Below, piece by piece: positions 1 to 11,100 of a stretch of DNA of 64,000 nucleotides. Position 1 is the first letter of the stretch. Each line of letters opens with the position of its first letter. The notes under the pieces were generated by a model. It had not been told where the DNA came from and did not search any database. It saw nothing but the letters and a program-made list of their open reading frames with translations. Position numbers and translations under genes: made by a program. This DNA comes from an uncultured virus (IMG/VR IMGVR_UViG_3300025128_000024) (lineage: Duplodnaviria; Heunggongvirae; Uroviricota; Caudoviricetes): IMG/VR virus record IMGVR_UViG_3300025128_000024; one strand, 5' to 3'.

Positions 1-281
1 CCTGATACTGTTATCGGCAAACCCAAAAGCTTTAGGACTGGTGTTTTTGTGATTTCTGCTGAACCACCAGTTAGATTGTTCCCGTGTTCACTACTAGGGC
101 CCCAATTCCATTCGTATTCATCTCCCCACCACTCGCTAGATGGAACAACCTGATAGAAAGGCGCGCCTCCATCATAACCACTGTCTGGAAACGCTTGAGA
201 TCCAACAATGGGTCTAGCTGCGAAGCCGTCGTTTGGTTCAAAGAACCCTGAGTCAACTACTGTTGTTTTTGTATGGGTCAT
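1..281 (-). CDS. Partial hypothetical virion/tail-region protein (5' end only, runs off the window)
   Basis: Read manually: ATG at 281 just after the stop of the 606-aa gene; open frame MTHTKTTVVDSGFFEPNDG...FADNSI to the window edge. Confidence 0.7.
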   Translation of the reverse strand, partial: MTHTKTTVVDSGFFEPNDGFAARPIVGSQAFPDSGYDGGAPFYQVVPSSEWWGDEYEWNWGPSSEHGNNLTGGSAEITKTPVLKLLGLPITVS

Positions 282-283
282 TC

Positions 284-2104
284 CTATCTATCCAACTCGT
301 AAGTCCAAGAAATATTGAAACTGTATCTTCCTTCTTTAGGAGTCCAAGACTCTTGAGGTGGAGAGATAAAATATTTTCTAACGCCCGGTTCATTCTGAGG
401 GCTCAACTCTTTTATTAAATTCCTAAGCTGGGTTTTTGTTGGCTCAACTATACTGGGTTTTTTCAGAAGTAAACTAGTTCTGTCATTTCCATATGGTATA
501 TCTGTGTAATCTAATACAAGTTCTATATTTAGACTTCTGCTATACTCTGTTCTTCCACCAATATATTGTAGCACTGGGCCTGTGCTTCTTCCTATAACAG
601 GTATCGTTGCAAATATATCTCCCGGATAGTTGTCATTTACGTTTATATTCTCTGACAGTACACCAGAAATTATATTTGTTGGTCTATTGTCAAAAGAAAG
701 TGAGTATGTAATTTCTCCAGTATATTCATTTGTACCAAGGCTAACTGACTGAGGCGCAGAATTTAATTCTACTGCAACAGTTCTGTTTGCTCTTTTAAAT
801 ATATCAGATCCAACTCCATACCTTCCGCTATTGCTAATCTGATAAAACTTTTCAATCGCATTACCGTAAGCATCGCCAGATCCTACATCAACACCCTCAC
901 TACCACCAAACTTTTGGTGATTCGGGGTCATTTCAGAAAGACCTTTGATTGTACCATCAATACTAACACCTATGAAAGGATTGTCCGAGCTCTGTGTAAC
1001 AGACATAGAGTAAGTTTCATACGCACTTCCACTTGCAATCAACCAAGTATCTGTAATGCTATAAGCTCCGGCAGACTTATCTATTTGCTCAGTTCTTGTA
1101 TGATTATAACCCCTATAAGCTCCCACCAAATCAAGAGTTCCGCTACCAATAGTTGTAGAGGCAGGGTTTGTAGGCGCATCAAGTAGGTGAGGGGCAGAAT
1201 TCCAAGTTGGCAAATGAGCGCCTATATTTGGATAGAAGTCAATACCGCTAGTAGATGAATAGCCCATTAGGTTGTTCTGCACATAATTCTTTGCGCTTTG
1301 CCAAGCTGGTATTTTATCTACACCTCCGGTTTTTGGTATATAGTGCGTTCTACCAGTAGCGCTCATGGAGTGAGTTATCCGATAAGATCGAGGGATGATC
1401 ATGTTGTTATTAGTTTCACCTTGAGACTCATCTACTTCAATTGACCAGTTGTCACTAAAAGTTGATACGAAGTGACCGCTAAGAGCAGCTATGGCTTCCT
1501 CTTGTAGCGTCTCTTGACCTTGACGAAATAAAGGATTACCTTCTTCATCTACCTCTAAGTCTTTGTTTAATAAAGTGTCAGCCTGAAGAGTTATACTATA
1601 GCCACATTTATTTATGTAGTTGCCTTCTTCAAAAGAAATGGATAGCACTCTGGGATAGCATATTACCGCCGGCTGATCTCCATGAACAGGTATGATTTCC
1701 ATACGCTGGCCATCAAGCGCAAACAAAGCCCTAATGACTTTCTGCTTGAAAAATATTGCATCAAGCGTATCCGTAACAGGAACCATCTGCTTTGGAGGTC
1801 TAGCTGATAATCCAGCATGAGACTGTGTTGCATCAAAAGATTTATATGGCCCAACAAAGCTACTACCGTTGAGAGCTGAAAAAGCGCTGCCATCCCAGTA
1901 TTTGAAATAAGTCTCAGTAGCAGCGTTCTTTGCATAAGGAGCGCCATGATCTGCTAATATCGTGCCATTAAGCGTAATATCATAAGTCACACCAATAGTT
2001 TCTTCGCCAACTTTAATCGTGTTGGTATTTATAGAAACCAAAGGAGTGGGCCTTAGAACACACTCTTGATCGGCTTGATTTTTATATCTTACTGAGATAG
2101 GCAT
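284..2104 (-). CDS. Putative tail tip/baseplate structural protein (606 aa)
   Basis: Long beta-strand-rich ORF directly downstream of the tape measure and giant tail protein genes; function inferred from position only. Confidence 0.55.
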   Translation of the reverse strand: MPISVRYKNQADQECVLRPTPLVSINTNTIKVGEETIGVTYDITLNGTILADHGAPYAKNAATETYFKYWDGSAFSALNGSSFVGPYKSFDATQSHAGLSARPPKQMVPVTDTLDAIFFKQKVIRALFALDGQRMEIIPVHGDQPAVICYPRVLSISFEEGNYINKCGYSITLQADTLLNKDLEVDEEGNPLFRQGQETLQEEAIAALSGHFVSTFSDNWSIEVDESQGETNNNMIIPRSYRITHSMSATGRTHYIPKTGGVDKIPAWQSAKNYVQNNLMGYSSTSGIDFYPNIGAHLPTWNSAPHLLDAPTNPASTTIGSGTLDLVGAYRGYNHTRTEQIDKSAGAYSITDTWLIASGSAYETYSMSVTQSSDNPFIGVSIDGTIKGLSEMTPNHQKFGGSEGVDVGSGDAYGNAIEKFYQISNSGRYGVGSDIFKRANRTVAVELNSAPQSVSLGTNEYTGEITYSLSFDNRPTNIISGVLSENINVNDNYPGDIFATIPVIGRSTGPVLQYIGGRTEYSRSLNIELVLDYTDIPYGNDRTSLLLKKPSIVEPTKTQLRNLIKELSPQNEPGVRKYFISPPQESWTPKEGRYSFNISWTYELDR

Positions 2105-5100
2105 TTACTTACCCCTTATTGCCAAGTTAAATTGATTGCCCATAACAAACGTACCGCTTGTAAACATTGAAGTAAAGAATCCGCTACTAGCAATGGCTGA
2201 AACACCACTTGTATAAAGTATTGGACTACCTGAAGCGACATTATTTGATTGAACAACCAGACTAATATTATTATACACTTTTGCGTTGTCTTGCCCTAAC
2301 ATATAGAGGCTCATATCGCCACTATTTGATAAAGGTTTGCCAGAAATTGCCATAGACATTGAAGATGCCGTGTCAGTGCCGGGCGCAGCGACTCCACCTA
2401 TTGAGTATATATAAGGCCTATGTTGTATGAAGCCTTTTCTGTTGGTATCTCTACCAGACATCTCAATAAATATTTCACCCTGACTGTTAGCTGTTACTGC
2501 TCCTGTTGCTGAACTGAATATTGTGTCGCCACTTTGTTGCACTAAAAGGTCAACCGCAGCAGTCTTATCTAGTCCAAACACTTTAGCGTCTATAAAGCTT
2601 TCCGGGCTTCCTGATGTTGGAGGTTGACCTCTTAACATTGCATCGTATGTATAGGCTGCTCCAGCTCCTAGCACAACTTCATCTGAGTTTGTACCTGCTG
2701 AGTTTTGATGATTTCCGCTAGTGGCAAACATATGATAAGGGGCGCCGACAGCCATAGTATAATCGCCGTCGCTTCTTCTGGCCCTGTCTATTGCAACGGA
2801 TGTTCCAAATCTGTCATTTTCAGCACCCGACACTGCTGTTGATCCAGCGTAATCTTTCTGTAGCCTAGACTTATGACCTTGAGCTATAATTTTCTCTACA
2901 AATTCCCATTCTCTTATATTGCTTCCCCAATCATTTACTTTTCTTTCAAATGTAAATACTGCTCCATTGTTGAGAACTGATGTTCCGCTTCCGCTTAATT
3001 CGTAAGCCCTAACTCCAGATTCGCCCATATCAAACACGGTGTGAGTTGGAATATCAAATTGGGCATCAAATTCTTTTCTTATAAAGCATCCGCTATAAAC
3101 AATACCATCTACGGTTCTGTTATATAAATCTTCATAGTGATTATCAAAGTCATGGCCCGGAGCTCCAACGGCAATAAAGTCTGCGTCCATGGTGACATCA
3201 TAACCAAACTGGTCTGTCGTCAACATCATCTTAGATCTATCTGTTACTGTATAATCATTAGATCCAATGTATGTGTTAGACGCAGTTGAGTCTGTGTAGT
3301 CATCAAATCCTGCATTGATACTATCTGGTCTTAACTTTTTCTTAAAGTCCCAAGCGTAGCCCTCTCCAGAATTTTCATAATAGAACGCAGCTCCAGCGCC
3401 ACCATTATAAGTAAAGTCTATTCCAGCTAACTTGGCTGTATTTTTAAGGCCAAAGTGAGAACTAGCTTCCCAGTCGTAAATATTTCCACTAGAGAATATA
3501 TTGAATGGTGTACCAACCACTAGCTTTCTACCCCTCATCGCGATAGAGTAGCCAAACAAATCGCCCGGATAGCCAGACTGCCAGTAATCGAAGTCTAAGT
3601 ATTCTACGCCGTGTTCGGCTGTAATTTTAGGTAAACCTCCATATGCTCCAGCGTCTCCATGCAATTCGCCATCATAGACACCACTGAATTTCGCATAGGC
3701 ATTTCCTGAATCAATAGCTCTACTCATCAGAGCGTTTACTAATGACTTTTTCTCTGATTCTTTGACTGGCGCTTTTGGTCTATCTGTGATTTCTGCTGGG
3801 AGCGGGTCTTGTCCAATAAAGAATCCGCTAGGCTGTCTATTGTGAGTTACATCAACGCTTGCGTTTTCACCTTGGAATCTTGACACAGACCCAACGATAC
3901 CACTAACGGCCCATAGCTTAGCGGGTGTTGATCGCTCTGGTGCAATAATCTTTTGTTGGAACTCAAACTTTCTTTCGCCTTCGTGTAGCTGAAGTAAATC
4001 TGGCGTACTTTCGATGTGTTCTCCAGCCATTGCGCCTTGAGGAAGCGACGGAGTGCTAAATGACTGAGCACTATCCGCACCAAGAATATCCATAGATTTA
4101 GGATACAAACTCTTAACAAAGTCTTTATTTGTATATAGCTGTCCAGAATCACACATGTTTTGTACCATGCTTGAGTCTGTTAGTACGATTATATTAGATC
4201 TTGTTCTACCTTGACTAAACGTTGAGAAAGTTTCTGGCTCTATAGCTGCCACAACTGGGCCATCAGCAACTTTATCTTCCTTTGATTTTATCTCTCTGGC
4301 TTTGCTTGGTATAACAACTGTTGTTTCTGGGTGAGTAACCACTGTTTCTTCTTTCCACCCAATGATTACTTCTTTCTCTTCGTTAAATGTAAAGGTCTTA
4401 ACCTCTTCATTTATGGGCAATAGCGCCCCAGAAACTGATAGCAGCCTTACCGTCTTGGGGGTGTACTTAATTGTGCTTTCACCAGCTCTAATCTTATTGC
4501 CGTCTACATAGAGTGTGATAGAGGTGCCATCGTGATCTGCGGGAACTCTAAAGTCTACGAACTCAGACGTAGGTTTTCGCTTACCTGTTCTGCCCAATGT
4601 CTTTTGTATCTGTAGGTCTTCCGCTAAAGTAAACGAGGTATCATTGTCGTCAAAGTCAAGAATTGGCAAGCTAGGCTTGAACAACTCGTCTCTAGGGTCT
4701 GGTGAGTTAGAGGTCTCGTTCATCAAAAGTTTTATTGAGTGATTTTCAGTGTCGTCCTCAGAAACCCAGTTGTAGAATAACCTGTATCCAGATCCTTTTT
4801 CCACTGGTATTGACATTGTGGCGACATTTGGTTTTAATCTCCAGAATGTTTCTGTAGTTCTTTCGGTATCAGCTATCTCTGTCGGATTTGTAATAACTTT
4901 AGTAGCTGGACTTTCTACATCAACAACAGTAAACTCACCAAACGTAAAGGATTTTTTACTTTGATTGTCGTAAGTCAAATTAAACTTAGTAACTTTATCA
5001 GCGGAGGTACAGCCTTTTATTAGTGCAGAATTTTTGTCAAGTATCTGACCACCCAAAGCCCTGAGAGCATCCGCATTACTATTAGCAAATTTCTGTCTGC

Positions 5101-8100
5101 CATTCAAATACAACGGCTTCATAGACAAACCAAGTCCATTGGATAATTCTTCCACAGCTAAAGCAGCTTCTTGAGATGTATCAAATGTTACAATTAGAGT
5201 TTTGTTTCCATCGCCTAGCCAGTTTTTAATATCTGCTATATTTGTGTCAGCTGGATTGGCCGCTGGATTGGCAACCCAAGCTACATCAAGGTTTGTAGCC
5301 AAAGAGCCAGTATAGTTTTCAGTTACATCGTAGCCTTTGGAATCTAAAAATACCTTCATGTGAGATTTGCTATATGCATCCACAAAACCGGTTCTTCCAG
5401 TCCATCCTCCAAGCTGAGCAATTCTACTTTTGCTCTGACAGTCTTTTGTCAATATATTATTATAGAATACTATGTTGTCATCTAGTCCTGCATACATGTT
5501 CCCCTGTTCTTCAGGCGTGACAGCGGCTATGAATATTACTCTTGATCCATATATATTTTCCTGCGTGACCAAAGGGCTGTCTGGAGATACCTTTATTACT
5601 TTTTCTATGACGTCAGTCTTTGTGCCTGCAACGCCCTGCATTATACCATCTCTAGAGTTTAATGGATCAGGATCTTCAAAGTTTTTATAGTCTACTCCGT
5701 CAAGTCCAGTATAAACGTCTGAACTAAATTCAAAGTGTTTGTTGTTAATGTGGTGTTCACCAAAGCTGTATACTTTTTTCGTTACGTCTTTTTTGGTTAT
5801 GACTTTCTTGGTTATTGGAATCCTTAGTTTTTCAACAACTTCTGGGAATATAATTGTTTCTTCTGGCGTCCATTCTGCAGCAGACAGTAAAGGTCTAGGT
5901 TCTGTATTAGACTTACCAAGACCGTTAGCAACTACCTGCTGAGGTATATCTGGGCAGCAACCTACGCTACCATTTCCAAAGTGATATCCCCAGTTGATGT
6001 GCTCAAATACCCGTCTAGGCTTTTCGCATGGAGTGAGGCACTCAATCCTTTTATTTGCTCTTAGGTCTCCATTATGAATCATAGGCAAGAGATCAAATTT
6101 ATTTACGTCATCCTTGCTTGTATCATATGCTCCATTTTGTCTGATTGCAGGTAAATTGTCCCAATCTGGAATGTGGATTTTGATATCTCCAACACCACTA
6201 GCAAACATCTGACCCGTTAGCACATCTGTATTTCTCATATACACTGTAGTTCTTGATTGTATTACATTGGGCTTTGAATCAATTGCACAGTAGTTGACGG
6301 CCTCTTCCCTTGTTTGCGCTGCCTGTATTCTCATCTTTGATCCCAGATTATCTAGAATCTTATTTATTACATCGTTGGAATCTTTGTATAGCCCATTTTC
6401 TTCATATACGGGGTCATTACCAACTAGTACGAGTGTTCTGTCACCCAGCGACAACCAGTCTTTTATGTTCTGCATTATTTCATCAGAAGCAGCATCTACC
6501 TCTGGGGTAATAATAAACGCTAACCCTGCGCTTCTAGGTATTTCTAAATCAGAGAACTGTGTTCTTGTAAATGTTCTATCATCAAACATTTCTTCAAGCG
6601 TATTGTATCTACCTGCATCTCTGTCTTCAACATGGTAGTTCATGTCTAAATTACCAAACTTGAAGTACTCTACTACGCCAGAGTGAGGATGATACTTTCT
6701 AGAGCCGAACACCCTAACGGCGCCAGCGTAAGTTGATGTTGACCATCCGTCTAGTCTTTCGTGGTTTTTAACAGGCTCATCGTCGTAGCCATAAAATCCC
6801 TCTTTTCTGAAGTACGCATTAGTGTCTTCAAATTGATTCAAGCTGTCTGTAGGCGCACCAAAGGCAACTAGACTTCCATCTTCGTTTACTGTTGTACTCC
6901 ATCCAAGTCTTGACGTTGGTATACCTCCATAGTGAGCTAGGAAACTCCAGCTACCAGTGTAACCAATATCTTCGTAACCATATTTGTATATTACCTTGTA
7001 CTGCTCTATTCCTTGATCGTCCCTTAGTTTAGCTCTATCTGCCGCGCTTAACTCTAGATAGGATCGCTCTTTACCCAAATCTGCACCAAACTCCTCGACA
7101 TACGATCTGTAGTTTTGAATTTCTGTAGTTTTATTATTGGCCTCTAGCCATCTAAGTACAGAGTCGTGAAGTTCTTTTTTATACCCAGCTGTTTGTTCGT
7201 ATACTAAACAAGAGTTTTGACTGTATGGAGATCCAATCGTTACAACTTCAGAGTTGTCACTTATAGAAACAGACCACCCAAATCTGTCAGGAGCTTGATA
7301 TTGAGTTTCGTAAGAAGGCTTGATTTCCTGAACCATAGTCCAGATGCCACTTTCTTTCTCAAATATATATGCCCTACCGCCACTAGGTGGAACGTTGTTG
7401 AATCTCTCTAGGTCTTCATTTACATAATCGCTTCCAATATTGTTAGTTATAAATCTAAGCGCATTATCGTCTATTAATCTACCAGTATCTAATATATCTT
7501 CAAGTGTTATTTTGCTTAGATCAATCCAATCTTCTGGATTTGCATCTTTATCAGCGTCGAAGAACTTCTCATATATATAGCCTTTTGAAGCAACTCCATC
7601 TCTGTCTGTAACCCCGTTTGCTAATGTGTAAGCATAGTAGTGTTCTTTGAAGTCGTCTATAGCTGGTTCTACACTCTCACGACCAAATGAAGGAGTTGGG
7701 TCTACGTATATACCAAGAAGAGGCGGTAAGTTGTTTAGTCTCTTGCTTGAGTCTAGTGGGAACGCGCCATTGAAGCCATCTTTAAGACCTTGTAGTATGC
7801 TAGCAGAAGTGGCTCCACCAACACCGTTTCTATCTATACGCTGATGGTATATAAAGCCGGGCTTGTCTATTGTGGGTTTATGAGGAGGTGCTTCGCATAC
7901 AATTATCTTAACATTAAGCCTAGCTGGTTCTGAAGCGTAGTACTTAAATAGTAAATTGTATTTTCTTATGAGATCTGTAATAATCTCTAATCTAGTTTCA
8001 TTCCATTTGAATTCGTCCGTAACTACCATGATAGCTGCGTTGATCTCTGTGGTTGCAACATCTGCATCGAAGTCTCTTGAGAACACAGCCTTTGGAGCTC

Positions 8101-11100
8101 CAACCACCATTACTTCTTTAGAGCCGCTTGACGCAACAGAAATAGAAGTTCCAAACTCTCTACCCTCTTGGCCAACGTTCCAATTTCTTGTTGGTATAGG
8201 ATCTAGTCCGGGGAACAAGGACAAAGCTTCGCCCTCAGTGTAGCTGTCATCTCTAAACCCTGAAGGTAGAACTATTTTATCCTCTAAATCCCAGAAGTAC
8301 TTTTGTCCACTATTGGCAATTGATTTTCTTCTATATGTAAACACTGCTCCGGCGTTTGTCAAGAGTCCGCTGCCGTACTGGTCGTACTTATGATGTGGAG
8401 AACCAACTGTCATCAGATCTCCCTTGATGTCTACAGATGTTCCGTAGTTATCATTAGCACTATCTTTTCTTCCAGACTCAGCAAATGGATAATCTCCAAT
8501 TAACTTAAACCCTGAGTATGCCACATCTTCATTAGTTCCATATTCCCATTCCTCAAACTCTCTAGGTGGAACAAGGGACTTTTCATTTCCAGTCACGCCA
8601 CTAATTGTAATATCGAATATATGATTTGGCTCTAGACCAGTAAACTTCCTGAGTCCATAGTACTCACCACTATAACTGTATTCTTGATTTGTATATGTAG
8701 CCTTTGGTCTTATAACTCCTCCGTCTATACACTCGGGATCAAACCATGTCGTGTCGTGAGTTACTACAGATACTTCTTGACATCCGCTGCCAGCACAACC
8801 TCCAAAGCAAGTAGTGTCTACACCTCTTATTTCGTCGTTGTCAGCTTTTGCAAATAGTGTTCCATTGGTGTTATCGTCAACGTCGATTGGGCTTCCAAAG
8901 TTGCTGCTATCCCAAAGGAACGAAGGTCTTCCAAATGTATACTTACTATTCATAAGATACATGTTGACCGAAGCTGTCTGCTCAGTTTCTGTAACAAAGT
9001 TGCTTAGATATAGTGGTAAAATAGAACTAGGTTGAGTTGAACCTAGCATGTAGAAGTTTATATCTCCTGACGCAAACCCTGCCTCTGCAGCTCCAGCTCC
9101 TTCTGTTAGTAGAGTAAATGAGCCGCTAGATTTTATTATTTGTGAGGGCTCATCGAATGTTTTAAGAGACATCCTCATAGCAGACTGTATGAAATCTCCA
9201 TGCCCATCTTGACCACCGTAAGCGGTCATTGTTATAGATGTTCCAGAGGTGATGGACTCATCGTAATTTCCAACAACTAACTCCATTGACCCAGTAGCTA
9301 TTGGAAGTCCACCGCTTGTAAAGACAGTTGGCCCGCCAAAAAATTCTCCTAAAGAATCTATGCCTGAAGAGTAAGCAAACGCTGAGTTTTTAGCATACAG
9401 GTTCATGCTGGCCATTTCGTAAGCGCCGCCAGAAGCAACTAAAGTTGGCCCTCCATAGAAAGCGCCCAGCGAGTTTAAGCCTGAAGAGGTAATCAAGTTT
9501 GGCCCAGAAGTAACAAGTGTTGGGCCTCCATAGAAGTTTCCAAAGGAGTCAAGACCGCTAGAAGTTATGCCAGATCTAGCCTCTGCAAAAAGTGATAGAT
9601 CTGCCCTAGTTCTAAACTCACCGCTTGTGTACAGAAGAGGGTCGCCAGACATCTTGACCGGGTTGACATACGCAGCGTCTAGTTTTACATGCGCTGTATG
9701 TAAGTCTAGCCTAGCTTCAAACGACTCGCCAGAAGGGTAGGCCAAGTCGTACTGCAAGAACATTTTGTCTACATCTTTAGAGAAATACTTATGATTAAAC
9801 TCTGTTAATCTCTTTTCGTGGGGGAATAGCGCCCACTGCTCTGTTTCGTCTACATAGCTATTGAAATCAAACTTACTATCAACTCTATGTATGCAACCAG
9901 ACTCTAAATAATGTATATCTCTATTAACAAGACCATAATTAGTGGTTGGGTAACTATCTGGCTCTTGGTTTTTGGTATAGAGACTAACAATTAACTTCGG
10001 CCCTTTACTACCGTCTGGCCAAGTTATTTCTCTATCTGATTGGTGCTGTACTACAGACTCAACTACCATAGCTCTTTCAGAGAAGTCGTAGCCTTTTGGT
10101 AATGACTTTTGTATTCTTGGGGCAACTGCATATAAATTGCTAGCAGCATCGCTCAGGTTGAATCTTAAGAAATCATTTTCTATTTGAGTGTGGTATGCAA
10201 CGCCGCTGTCTACAGTCGTCGGCATATCTATATTAGCATATGGATAGTATCCACTACCAGCGTGCTTGAGATCAAACGTCACATAATCTTTGCTTGGCCT
10301 CTTAGTCCACCAATCAAACGCCTGATTAAACGCGCAGTAGCTGAATGCTCCCAAATCCCAGTCAGATGTTGCTTCGTTTATCCTGTCCCACAGCTTGTAA
10401 GAATCATCTGTGTAGCTATCTGTAGTATCCCAGAATTTAACTCTTGTGTTTTCTAAGAACTGTTCTGCTGTTATTTCTTTTTTGGTTGCATCTGGTAATG
10501 ACTCAACAATGTTGCCGCTATTAGATATTCCAAACTCACTTACGAAGGCATTTATACCAACGCCAGACCCATGAGAGTGTCCGACTGTTATATAGCTATC
10601 GCCGGTTGCGGCAGCAAATGCTGTAGATGTAGCCCTTAAGACAGTCCAAGAATTTTCAAGTTCATTGTCAGTATATAATCTTAATTTATTATCAGCATTA
10701 TATGTAAGCAAGACGGAAACAGGATATTGGTATGTATTGTAAAGAGCTGTGTCTTTAACCTTTACTATAGATCCATCAGTTGCTCTAGCAAATCCAGCTA
10801 AATACCCGTTTTCATAACCTATTGCAAACTCAAGCTCTTTGCCATTATCCCACTTAGAAAGCACGCATCCAGAGTTATATAGATTGTAGCCTACGCCAGT
10901 GATTGAAATATCAGGAGTAATTCTAGCATACGCTGCAAAGTTTGATGCTTGACCATTACCTAATGTAATATAAGAATTTGCGCCGCTAACTCTAACAACA
11001 GAGTCAAACGCATCTGCTATCTTGCCATATAGTTCATGTGAATTAAAGTTTGAGCCGCCATCGGAAAGAGCAGTCCAGTCAGTTGTTTTATAGTCACTAG

